Positions 1-11,526 of a stretch of 64,000 nucleotides of DNA are shown here, piece by piece. Below the pieces are notes generated by a model. That model had not been told where the DNA came from and made no database searches. It saw nothing but the letters and a program-made list of their open reading frames with translations. The position numbers and the translations under genes are program-made. Source of the DNA: Schizochytrium sp. TIO01 (Eukaryota; Protista; Bigyra: Labyrinthulomycetes); assembly GCA_004764695.1 (NCBI GenBank), contig SMSO01000037.1:968747-1032746 (forward strand), in the 5' to 3' direction. The first letter of the stretch is position 1, and every line of letters starts with the position of its first letter.

Positions 1-694
1 AAATGGATTTGACTTGGTCGGTCAAAAGAGGCCTAATGTATCCAAATAGACCGCAGTGGTATTCGAATAAAATAAAAATGAAACTTTTATTGGTCAAGAA
101 GTCCTTTTTGTTTGTTTTTAACAGGAAAAGTTATTCTTATCGAATACAATCTTTATTGGATAAGCTTATATCGAACAAAAAACATCGTATTCCAATGTAC
201 ATTTGTCAATTCCTAATTGTTTTTATAAAATTAAAATTGAAATTGAAATTAAAAATGGTCGTGATGTTTCGGCCATTCTCTAATAGACTGAAAGTAGTAA
301 AAGAGAGCAACGAAATAAGAGAATGAAAGAACGAAAGCAATTCGCGAATTGAGCTGGACTCGAGGAGCTGCGTGCAGCGGCAGTGCTTGCTTGCTTGCTT
401 GCTTGATCGCTCGATCGCTCGCTCGCTTGCTTGCTGCTTGCTCTGTGTTTATCTTACGTGGGAAAGGGTCCGTGCGCATTGCACGCCCGGTTAGCCCGTT
501 TAAGTGTCCGATTTGGCATAACTACTGTGCTTGTTTTCTCGTTTGAATTGACTGCCTGACCGACTTTGTTCGTTTATCGCACGTGACGCAAAGCTCGACA
601 AAGTCTCGAACGCGAAGCGCCTTCGGAAGTTGCTGGTGAGCTGGCCTGGACGACGTTGAAACAACAGTAAAGGCTTCTTTCTGAAAAAGGCACC

Positions 695-2247
695 ATGAGC
701 ATGCAAATGCCTGCCGACGTTCAGGCGGAAATCCGTGCCATGGACGGAAACCAGGTACGTGGATAGAAACGTTTGATAGCTTCACTCTAGTTTCATAATT
801 AAGGCCTCAACGTTATTTTGGGGAGTTTCCTGTGACTCGTGAGCGCTCTCAGCATCGTGCATGAAGACTAACTTATGAATTTTGCGAATGTGCAATGTAA
901 ATGGTGTTTTGGCCTTTTCCTGGAATTATAAACTGGATTTGCTCTACGCGATTGCCTTAAATCATCAATCAATCTGCCCCAAAACAAATCTGCGTGGATA
1001 TAATCTTTGGATATTTTGGTGGACTTTGGTCTACTTAGACCTGTGTAGACTGTGGCGTCAAGAACCCGCAATGGGCTTCAGTCTCCTATGGCACGCTTTT
1101 TTGCCTCGAGTGTTCAGGCGTGCACCGTGGTCTTGGTGTTCACATTAGTTTTGTCAGGTCCGTGACAATGGACTCGTGGACAGACCAGCAAATCCAGTCG
1201 ATGCGTCTCGGAGGCAACAAGAAACTCATTGACTGGTTCGCGCAACACGGCATCTCCCAATCCATGTCCATCAAGGACAAGTACCACTCGCCTGCTGCCG
1301 AGCTCTACCGTCTCCGGCTTCAAGCTCTTCGCGATGGAAAAGAGCCGCCCTCTAAATTACCTGAGGGGTCTTCTTCAAGCTCTTATGTGCCATCCAATGG
1401 CGATGAAACCCCCTACGATCGCGAAATGAGGCTACGTCGTGAGGCCCAAGAGCGTCTTCGCGCCAAATTTGGCGACGGCGGACTGCGAGGTAGTGCTGTC
1501 TCTAGCCAACCACTCCCACCCAATATGTATGATGACGACACTGGCCGCCGTGGTCTTCCTGTGAATATCGATCATGAAGAGCTCAAGCGCAAGGGTGGCG
1601 AGGCACTCAATGCCATGAGCAGCGCCTTTTCGATGCTCAGCACTGCAGCTAGCGAGAAGTTATCGGAGGTTTCTCGCAATGCTGAGTCTTCGGACACCTT
1701 TAATGACCTCAAGAGCAAAACTTCCGAGGGCCTCTCGGTATTCTCCAACAAGGCTTCGTCCTGGTGGAGTCAGGCAAACCAATACTTTGGACAAGATGGT
1801 GCCGCCCAGCAATCCCGGGCGCCACCTGCAGAAAGTCCAGAGGAGCGTGCTGAGCGTGAAGCTGCTGAGGAGCGTATGCGTCAGAAATTTGGGGACCGTG
1901 GTTTGAAGACCAATGCTATTTCGAGCCAATACGGCGATGTCCAGGCTCACGTTGAAGCTCAAGAGCGTGAGCGTGCTGCTGCCGCCGAGAGGTTACGTCA
2001 AAAGTTTGGTGATGGCGGCATGCAAAGTGTGAGCTCCTCATCTTCGCCTGTACCTGAAATGACATCGCCCTCTACACCTTCTACTGGCAAGGGTCTTCAA
2101 CTCCGCTCCTCTAAACCTGCTGCTGCATCTGCTGTTGAGGATATGGACAGCTTTAGGCCTGTTCGTGCCCCTGCTTCCAAGCCTACTGCTGAGCCTAAAA
2201 AGCCCCCCCCCACTCCAGATGACTTTTTTTCTGACTTCGGCATCTAA
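695..2247 (+). CDS. ADP-ribosylation factor GTPase-activating protein (ARFGAP1/Gcs1-like), 2 exons: 695-754 and 1039-2247
   Basis: Exon 1 ATG at 695 gives [20 protein letters not shown], followed by the GTACGT donor at 755. The TTAG acceptor ends at 1038. Exon 2 continues in frame as [41 protein letters not shown], the ArfGAP C-x2-C-x16-C-x2-C-x4-R zinc finger with its catalytic Arg. The ORF track (1120 start) misses the N-terminus. Confidence 0.93.
755..1038 (+). other. Spliceosomal GT-AG intron (284 nt, phase 0) in the ArfGAP gene
   Basis: CAG|GTACGT ... CTACTTAG|ACC. Removing it joins GNQ to TCVDC and restores the canonical ArfGAP start. Confidence 0.88.
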
Positions 2248-3053
2248 ACTTTGCGGCGTGATGAACCCTAGTAGTATTCGCAAATTTGTTTGATCGCCAT
2301 CCTTCCTCTCCTCTATAAATGACTGATTTCTATTACCAAATTGATCGCCGTGCTGGAAATCAAGAAACCAACTCAGCAACTACCATAGACGTGACTACGT
2401 CCACTGCCTTTACTTCTCTTCTTCGCTTTTGCTCTTCGTAGTGCTCCTTTTTTTTTTTGATTCTCTAAGGAAGCCTCTATGCATTATCACATATCATATT
2501 CTCCTAACAATAATGTCTTCGCTTCTTGAATTAATTTGTGTTTTGCTTTTTTTTAAAACAAGGTTTATCGCTATTCGGTTTTCTAAATCAGGATCATGGC
2601 TTTGGATGAGAAGTACCAATCTTCGTTTAGTAGCACAAGGATGTCAAGCTAAAGGAAAGCAACAGACTTGTTTTTAAAAAAATAAGGTAATACACTCAAT
2701 CATTTATCTAGCTTGTTGACTGGCACTCTCACGCACCGGTTCTATATGGTATTGGTATTACCTGACTTTCCACGAGTCAGTTTGAATTAGAGATTGTCGC
2801 AGTTTGAGAGCCAATCTTGCAAGTGCTGAATTGCCAGACAGCCAATTTCAACATTAGCGGCATTACTGGAGCAAAACAGCGGTTTGGTCTTCAGAATAAC
2901 ACTGTCAAACATCGACTAAACATCTCATTCTTTACCACAATCCGTGGCATGTCTTGCAGACCGGTCGTGAATATTTGGGGCTGTTTATTCATGTTTCCTG
3001 GTTGTTCTTGTTTATTCACTTTATATCCACGTATGCTGATGACCGTGATAGAT

Positions 3054-3350
3054 CTAGCTGCTCTCCGCCTCCCCGGCAGCGAGCTCACGCCGTGCCGCAT
3101 CTTGCAGCAATGATGTGTCAATATCCTCTTTCCTCAAGGAAATGTAGCGCACCACAGAGCCACGAATGAAGCAAGTCTTGAGAGCGCTGAGTTGCGGAAA
3201 CTTAGCTGCGTCTACAGGAGACACATTGAGCAACTTAACATTGAGGTATTGGTCCACCGAGTGCAATTCGCCCTGTACCTCGACGCCATTCTTCATTTCC
3301 ACGGTCACAGGCTTGCCCTCGAGGGTCTTGAACACTGAGTAAAAGAGCAT
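3054..3350 (-). CDS. LSM2: U6 snRNA-associated Sm-like protein LSm2
   Basis: MLFYSVFKTL..VTVEMKNG..GELHSVDQYLNVKL..CFIRGSVVRYI..DTSLLQDAARRE closely matches the LSm2 consensus (Sm1 and Sm2 motifs). Confidence 0.96.
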   Translation of the reverse strand: MLFYSVFKTLEGKPVTVEMKNGVEVQGELHSVDQYLNVKLLNVSPVDAAKFPQLSALKTCFIRGSVVRYISLRKEDIDTSLLQDAARRELAAGEAESS

Positions 3351-4039
3351 TTTTAAAGACAGAGAAACTTAGGTATTCGTGCACGTTGGGCCGGCGTATT
3401 AAATTTAGGCGAGATTGAGCTTCAGATGTGCTTTGTAGAGGGTTTAGTGAAACAACGTCTGCGAAAGCAACGCTAACTAAGTCGCCACGAAGACAAAGGT
3501 GCTAATGAGGCCACCTTTAAGTGCGAGAAAAACCGCAACGAAAGCTGGAAAGGGCAGTAAGAAGAGGCTTCTGGCGTAGGATAAACGAGACGAGTGCCTC
3601 CTCAGAGAAGACGTCCACGCAGAGAAAGGCGATGGCGGGTGTTGGCGCTTTGCTTCTTGCGCCTTCTTTCTCTGTATCTCTGTTTGTTTAATGCTAATAA
3701 TCTTTTACAATGTTGCTAGGTAGGCACTAGTACGTAGTTAGGTACTACTAACATACAATTATTAGCAATATGTCCTAGAAGTGCTAGCTCGTTATTAAAA
3801 AAAATTATATCAACCGTAGAGCTTATAGACTTGAAGTTATGCGTCAAACAAAAAATGCGCGAAACCATAGAGAAGTTTTTGTTGAAATACAACGAGTTGA
3901 ATTATTTGCTATGAAGGTAGATCTCCGAAGTAAAAACAAAGTGTAACCTCTTGCCTTGTGGGAAACTATGAAGAAAATCTTTAAAATAAGTTAATAGTGT
4001 TTTGCAAATCGTGGCGCTGAAGCAGGTCATCAGCTTGTA

Positions 4040-5651
4040 TCACGAATTGGAAGAGAGGGCATTATTCATAACATCGACCTGCTCTATTCCATTTATAACT
4101 ACACTTTGAGGACCGTGCCAATGAATAGATGAAATTCGAAGTGTTTGGAATGTTCTGTTTATGCGATAAGATTCAGTGGTTTGCCCAGGGCGAAGAAACA
4201 CTGCAAGGGTCTCTGAATCAGCTACAGCAAGTTGCCCAGCATGTGTAGCAATCATAGTAGGTTTGATATCTCCCTGAAAACTTATACGCGCTGCATAAGG
4301 CACATCATCTCCAAGACGAAACGGAAAAACTGAGACAGTCCCAGATGCACTTAAGGCGACAACGCGGTTTCGTTTATGAAAGTCTACATCGAATGCTACA
4401 CAGTAGGAGTCAAGCGCAAATGACCCTACGCGAGCAGCTTTCTTTGGTGACATAGCAAATAGCTGAATTTTATCAGGGTTTGTATTTGAGACCGCCAGTG
4501 CAAAATTATTGTGCAGCAATATTACTCGATCGCTCATTCGAGGATGTATATTAGATAACTTTGCATCTCGAGGGGACACCAGAGTCCAGCGTTTATAGGA
4601 ATTGCTACTGCCATTTGGTATCCTTGATAGTGCACGAGTTCTCCCCGAGTTTCGACTGCGACATACGATAAAGTCCTGATTGCTCACCATATTGCATGCG
4701 TCAAATTTTTCGCAGCATTTACAAGGAAGAGACCTCCGAGAAAAACTTGTTGAAACTGCGTCTGTTGGGTCCTCTGCATCATCGTATTCGCTACCTTTTG
4801 TTTCGCCATCGAGGTAATCCTCAAAATCGATTGCCGATGCTGTGGCAAGGTCAATAATGCGCACCGAATTATCACTTGAGCAAGTAGCAACAAGTTGTCC
4901 TTTCCAGCTTGTTGTTGCCATAGAGACGATATGCTCGCCCAGAGGAAGGGTCAACTTCCAGGTCATGTCCGATCGATTGAGAACATGCAAGCGACCAAAG
5001 TCAGTTGCCGCACAAACTATTACAGCGTTTGCAGACACGGAGATTAGCTTTTCTTGTGCACCCGTAATAGAATCTTTTCGTGGTGCTCCTTCCTCTGGAG
5101 GCCATGGATCAAATTCGCACATAATAGATGAGTCTTTGATCCAGACAACTTGATTTGAGGTGACTCCAATTGCCAACCACGGCGAAACCCAGCACAAGTC
5201 TTGAATTTGGCTAGGGAAGGTTTTAGAAGGTTTAGACTTTGTTGTTGCGTCCACGATTGCATGGAACTGATCTATTGGAAGCTTATATTGAGTCAATACG
5301 TTGCTAGGGTCTCTGAGATACTCATGTACACCACGGGGGTTTTCTTTCCAAATGTGTGTCAAGATGTCAGATCTCGACGGAGTTGTTTCAAGTCCTATGA
5401 CGATACTACAATTATTTTTGGTTTTTGATGCTGGAGCTTTCTCGAATTATAAATACGCTGTCAAAAACCCCAGAAGCACCTGCTTTTGCCCCTTCCAACC
5501 GTTCAATGTCTGGAGGAATGCGTAATTTCCTCACTCGATCAAGATCCCAATTCCACAATCTCAGGCAAGAGTGTCTCCCATCAGCAATAACTACATACTG
5601 CTCCAGCCCAGCCAATCTCTTTTTACAGCGTGATTGATATGTAGACTCCAT
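4040..5651 (-). CDS. Divergent WD40/beta-propeller-like protein, apparently split by a +1 frame break near 5412-5450
   Basis: The 440-aa ORF 4040-5362 has no ATG start and its frame is open back to ~5446. It has repeated short beta-strand blades (LVATCSSDNSVRIIDL; VVALSASGTVSVF; AATDFGRLHVL). The upstream ORF 5412-5651 (LRLWNWD) overlaps it in a different frame. Confidence 0.5.
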
Positions 5652-6078
5652 AACTCTACTTGAAAAATCTGTTTATTTTCACAGCTCCAATCGATGTCTT
5701 TGCAATCCCAGTTTTGCCTTTCATGCATATGTTCACCCCTTTCTTCTTCTTCTCGTCCTCGTCCTCCTCCTTTGCTAAGTGAAGTGGAGTGATGCTCCTA
5801 CCTAGACCTTCGCAGTCTTATCTATTTTCTGTGATCTGCAAAACTGGTTTGGTTCATGCTCGACATGGTAGAACAGTTTGCTCGCTCGCAATGCAAGTTC
5901 GTCTCATCAACTGTGCAAGGACTACCAGATGACGGTTGAAGACTAAAAGTGCGCAACCCAAATTGGATTTTTTTTATTTTTTTAATTCTCCCTGGAAAGG
6001 GAGTCGTCGTTAGGAGTCATTTTCTGCATCACTCCTTTGGATTGCCAAGCCAAAGCCGTATAGTTCTTGAGAACAAAC

Positions 6079-7911
6079 ATGAAGAGTATCAAGGACTTTA
6101 GCGTGGGCGAACTGATAGGCAAGGGAGGTTTTGGCAAAGTTTATCGCGCGGTGCTGCGTCCTCGCGAAGAGGATGGTGTAGTTGCTGATGAAGACAGGCC
6201 TGTGTTTGCTATCAAGGTGATGTCGAAACGATGGCTCAAAGATAAGGGTCTACTTGCACGTGTAGCGGAGGAAATTAAGTTGCAGCTGTCCTTGAAAAAC
6301 CACCCCCACATCGTGCATATGCACTCTTTCTTTGAGAATAAGGCACACTTATTTCTAGTTCTTGAACTCTGCGAAGAGGGAAACCTTTTTCACTACCTTA
6401 AGAAACATAAGCCACTCGACCCAGAGCTTGTGCGCAGGTGGTTTGCAGAAATCGTGTCCGCAGTTGCTCACCTACATGAGAATGATATCGTGCATCGTGA
6501 CTTGAAATTAAGCAATATTTTAGTCACGATGGATGGACATGTAAAAATCAGTGATTTCGGTCTTGCAGCACGTATTGAAGACCGCGAACACCACACTATT
6601 TGCGGAACGCCCTGTTATATGGCTCCGGAAGTGCGACAGCACAACCGGCGCTCTGGCCTATCTTATGACCCTGTTCAAGCTGATCTGTGGTCGTTGGGAT
6701 GTCTTCTTTATACCATGTTAAATGATGGCAAGCACCTGGAGCCTAAAGAGCGCTACAAACGCACTGAAAAAATTCATGAGGATGCCGCGCACAATCTGTT
6801 GAAAATTCTTCTTAACTATAATGAAGATAGGTCCAGTGCAGAAGAGATTCTACGCCACCCGTATCTTCAAGGTACTGACCCTTATCACCAAGCTCAAATG
6901 GCGTTCGCCTCAACAAGTCCATACCGACAATCGAAACACCCTCAGCATTCTGCCTCTCAACGTGACGAGTCTGGCTTCGATAGATCCCCGCAACGGGACC
7001 ATCGGCGCTCCTTTCAACATCACGCCAGTGTAAATTCTCAGTCTCATCAACATCAACATCATCATAACTCGCATCATCAGAATCAGAGTCAGCTCCAACA
7101 ACATTATCAGCAACAGCAACAGACCTCAGAGGAGGACCGTAAGTCTTATGTTCGTATTCACACAGGCAACATACGAGGCGTGCAGCATATTTTTGGTAGT
7201 CATCTTGTACAAATTCGCCGCGATGGAGCAGTTGCGGTAACTGTAATCAACAAAGCTTCAAAGACACCACGTGAAATTGTTGTCTCGGAATGGATGCCAG
7301 CAAGATATAAAAAGCTCCAACAATTTGCTGCAAAAGCTGTCAGTATTTTAGTGAGTACCACTCCTAAGGTAGTACTGAAGCTATCTCACCCAGAAAATAT
7401 GCTTGTAGCTGTGATTGGAGGTACTGCTCGGGTTTGGCTGCGTGATCGTCAGACACATGCCACTTATGACTTGTCCGACACAGCGTCCTCTCCGACAGTT
7501 CGGATTGGAGATCGCAAATATCCAGTTGACCCGACATCTCCTCACGAGTTGCCATGTCTTGTACAACAAGCTGCCTTACGCTGTCTTCAAATAGAGATGG
7601 ACATTTATCGAAAACAGGCGGCGTCCAAAGCTCCTGTTCATTTCCCCGTAATCATTAACGATGATCAAGTGACCTTGCCGGGCGTTGGCACTGGCATGCG
7701 CACAGCCAAAGGGCATGTAAACGTCCATCTAGAAGATGGGACAGATCTCACTCTGGATCGCTCGGCTAGTGTGCTAACTCATGCGGACCGTTCATATGCT
7801 TTACTTCCTGGGATTGCCTCACCACAACTGCCGGTTTTGCCCGTGGAACTAAGGGGAAAGTTACGGCAAGCTCAGGCAGTTGTGAATCAGCTCCTAGAAA
7901 GTCCTTCATGA
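6079..7911 (+). CDS. PLK4: Polo-like kinase 4 (SAK/PLK4)-like Ser/Thr kinase
   Basis: Complete kinase motifs: GKGGFG, AIK, HRDLKLSN, DFG, HTICGTPCYMAPE. A His/Gln-rich linker follows. MPARYKKLQQFAAKAVSILVSTTPKV resembles the PLK4 cryptic polo box, and LPGVGTGMRTAKGHVNVHLEDGTDL...LPVELRGKL resembles PB3. First ATG is at 6079. Confidence 0.75.
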   Translation: MKSIKDFSVGELIGKGGFGKVYRAVLRPREEDGVVADEDRPVFAIKVMSKRWLKDKGLLARVAEEIKLQLSLKNHPHIVHMHSFFENKAHLFLVLELCEEGNLFHYLKKHKPLDPELVRRWFAEIVSAVAHLHENDIVHRDLKLSNILVTMDGHVKISDFGLAARIEDREHHTICGTPCYMAPEVRQHNRRSGLSYDPVQADLWSLGCLLYTMLNDGKHLEPKERYKRTEKIHEDAAHNLLKILLNYNEDRSSAEEILRHPYLQGTDPYHQAQMAFASTSPYRQSKHPQHSASQRDESGFDRSPQRDHRRSFQHHASVNSQSHQHQHHHNSHHQNQSQLQQHYQQQQQTSEEDRKSYVRIHTGNIRGVQHIFGSHLVQIRRDGAVAVTVINKASKTPREIVVSEWMPARYKKLQQFAAKAVSILVSTTPKVVLKLSHPENMLVAVIGGTARVWLRDRQTHATYDLSDTASSPTVRIGDRKYPVDPTSPHELPCLVQQAALRCLQIEMDIYRKQAASKAPVHFPVIINDDQVTLPGVGTGMRTAKGHVNVHLEDGTDLTLDRSASVLTHADRSYALLPGIASPQLPVLPVELRGKLRQAQAVVNQLLESPS

Positions 7912-8179
7912 CACGAGTATAAGTATTGTAACCTACACCATTTGTAATCAAACCAACTTCAAGCAAACATATGGCGAATAAGAATTAAATTCAAAAGCAA
8001 TGTTTTAGATTCTACTTTATAACAATATTGGAATGAAAGACATAGCCACCGACGATCAGGGAGGCGCAGCCAAAATTTACTCAAGCACAACTGCATTTGT
8101 CGCACTCAATAAATGCTGTTTTCCCAAACTATTTCATCAGAAAAGCCAAGAAGCTGCAGTGATACAAAAAAGGCAACTG

Positions 8180-9659
8180 TTACGATCTTGCAGACAGGCC
8201 AAGAAAGTCAGAACCAATAGCAGAACATAGATCGCGAAGGAAGTCCAAAACATCGAACTTGCTGATTTGCGTCTGCATAAAAAAAGTAACGCATTTTGTC
8301 ACGACCGATCGAGGTGGTACAATTCTAAGTTTGAAGTTCAGATCAAAAATTCCCAAACGCTGGTCGAGCTCATTTGGTTTCTGCTCGTAGGGTTTCCAAT
8401 TAATTTGTATGCTAAGATCTCGCATGAGCACCTTGCGAAAGGCTTCAAGGTTGAGGAATGGGCGCATTGCGATCAATGTCATTCGGTGATGCCCGGACAT
8501 ATATACTAGCTTGAAATCGAATTGTTCAGAGTCTCCAGGTTTAAGGCGCGGCAAATTGCTGAGCTCGAATGCGAGTTCTGGAAGCTTGAAAGTCGCACAG
8601 CCAAGCTCGTCGAGACGCACGTGAAGCGATATACGAAACATGAACGTGTTCCGCTTTGTGATGTCAAAAGGTACTTTGCAGAATTCCCCTTTGCTATCTT
8701 TGATTGGTGTTTGCGTTTCCTGGTCGAGCCAAAGCAGCTCGTTGCTACCTTTCCAAGGCACATGCAGTAAGTGTAAGGGAATATCGTTGGCCGCTACAGT
8801 GTCTGACTCTTAGCTGTACAAACATGGGTGCATTCTGCAGGTAGGCCTCCATATCATTATCGTTAGTTCGATCCACTGAGGCACCTGGGGCTTCAACTAA
8901 GGCATATGTTGCGCGTGCCATGTGCTGTACAATGTTTTCTAGAGATGGATACACGACCTTCAGTTGGCGAATGTTAATCATACCGGTGAACTCAAACCTG
9001 ACAGCGCGTGGCTTCATAGGATCTGTAGCTTTGATGTAAGACACATCTGAAGCTGTCTCATCCATAAACATTATTTTAGAGATCATCTCCCTTACAGCAG
9101 GGAACCCAAGCCCCAATGCTTTGGTAAGTGAAGGTGCAGTGAAGTCTGGCCGGCTGCCAGCCTGAATAAATACGGAACGTGCAGTGTGCTCTATAAAAGT
9201 GACGGAAGGAAAACCCCCAAACTGAAAGTTACCGTTCAAGTGATGCGCTCTGATTGTCTTGGACTTGTGTTTAGCAGTACCCTCTGCAAATGATGTTTTG
9301 GCCTGCATCTCACCAACCCCAAGGTGCTCAAGTTTAGCATCACGTCCAATCACCATTCCTTGATCTTTAGATACCGCCAAGTCAAATGTTTGAGTGCCAT
9401 CACCAAAGAAAAACGGCAACAATGCCTCTTGAAGAGCCTCTTTGCCATCCACCATCATGCTTACGCTACTTCCAAGACCTGCAAACATCTCACCAACAGG
9501 CTTGGCCATACCTACGCGTTGAATCTCCATCAAAATGCGCTGCACAATACCCTCTGGTGCACAAGGGTCCACCTTGCCAGGCTGCTCGGCAGTCTTCTGA
9601 ACTGTAGTAGCATTGTTTAGAGGAGGGACTGGTGCCTCTACAGGAACTGTCTCGGCCAT
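8180..9659 (-). CDS. Hypothetical protein (~490 aa), two ORFs (8745-9659 and 8180-~8810) joined across a +1 frame break
   Basis: The 304-aa ATG-initiated ORF ends AGG TAG at 8745. The downstream ORF has no ATG at its start and is open back to ~8809, overlapping by ~65 nt. Both read as globular, beta-rich protein. No family recognised. Confidence 0.55.
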
Positions 9660-11526
9660 TCGAATGTATATAGGCTATTCGATGGGAGAATTTGAGGACA
9701 GCTTTTTGCAAATTTTATTCACGATGTCTTTTCGCACGAAGTTGCAACCCAAGTTTTTCTTCGGCTGCACAAAACGTATCAGATGTACTGCTATTACTTT
9801 GTTTCGTTCTTGTTGTCAACCACGCTTGTGCTGTCTCTGACTGCAGACAACGAAGAGGGCCCAACTCCAATTGCGGTCGATCGCACCGTCGTTTAGGGTC
9901 TGCTGCAATCGGCAACGCTGTGGCTGGAGGTGTATATGCTAAATCGCACACCAAAGTAAAGTAAGTGAACAACTTGGGTTTAGCTTTCCTTTTGCTACAT
10001 TTTTAACCCACTCTACTACACTGTAAAGTACTAGTAACTAGGTGGCACCGCTTTTTATTTACCTTACTTTGCCTTTGTGCTTTTATTTAACATAGGTGTA
10101 TTTACTTCTCTTGCGCCATCCTGTTCGAGATTGTCGTGCATGCATACGACTACTTACGTGCGGCGTGTTCTAAAGTGTGGCGCCTTTCACGAGATTAAGG
10201 GATGATGGTGCTAGTAATCATCTTGCATCACCCTTCTTCTTAAGCTTGACAGGCAGTGAGACTGTCGATATGCATGGCGCTGAGAGCTCTGAGTGGCGTT
10301 ACCTTGGGCAGAGGTGTGTGGGAAAATGACGTCGATGATGATAAAATCGTGACTGTTTGCGAACAATTAGACTTCTTTTGCAACTTTGCGCGTATGCATT
10401 GCCTGAAAAGCTTGGTTGCGTTGCACTTGTTGCAAATGGAGAGCAGGCCTGAGCCTCTGTGAAAACTCACCAGAGTTTTAGCGGAATTATTAATGGGATG
10501 ATTATTCCAGGAAGATGAGCCATGCTGATAATCATGTTAGTTCTTGCAATTAATGCCGATGAAGCATAATTGGGCGTCAATCGATGAGAACTCAGGAGAG
10601 AGCGCGTTCGGATCTAGTACCTTTCAATGGTAGCAAAGACTCATAGAAGTTAGAACAAACAACCACGTTTTCTAAAGCACGGTGTGAGGATGGGATATCC
10701 AGAGGCAGCTCTACTTGCAGAAGAGAAGAGAAGTATATATTTTGAAGGAATAGTGTTCTAACTGCAGTCGAACCAACGTTGATGCGGTTTGTTTTCTAGA
10801 CAGCTTGCAGTCATTTTCTTCTTGCGAGGTAGGGAAAACAGGGGAGAGAGAGACGACCTTGTTATTTGATGCGTTCTGCCCTTTCAGTTTCAGCCGGATG
10901 CAGCATTGCAGTCATATGTATCGTTGTCAGCTTTCTTGCTAAAATTAGAAACAGAAAATTACCACAGGGTCTTCATTTTATGTTTATCGGCTACTGACAT
11001 GTTGTCACCTCACGGCAGCTATCGCAGGACCCTAACAGATATGTCACCAAAGAGATTACTATTATTATAAATTCGTTAAACGTGTAAACCAAGGGATAAT
11101 TGATACATGATAGATGTTAAACTTGAGGTAGTAAACCAGTCCGCTGGTACACTTGTCATCATACCTGACCTTTGCTTATCAATATAACCGTAAGCTAAGG
11201 CATATCGTCATAGTACGAGCAGCAGGATCTCTGAATGGTCCGACATTTTTTAATACACATGTATCTATGGTATGCTACACTCCGCATCATCTATTAATCA
11301 GTTAGGCTGATCTATTCAATTGTGACCATCTTTTGCAAAGGACGGACTCGGGTAAGTTTACAACTTCACAGAAGTACCCGATAGCGTGCATACTCCCTTC
11401 TACACGTTCAATCGCACAATTGTACTGCACTGGGGACGGGTCGTGACAAAGGCTGTAGACCAAAGCAGACGACTCGCTAAACGACTCGAGGAGAATAGGT
11501 GCAGTTTTACTTGTAGGTTCAACGCG

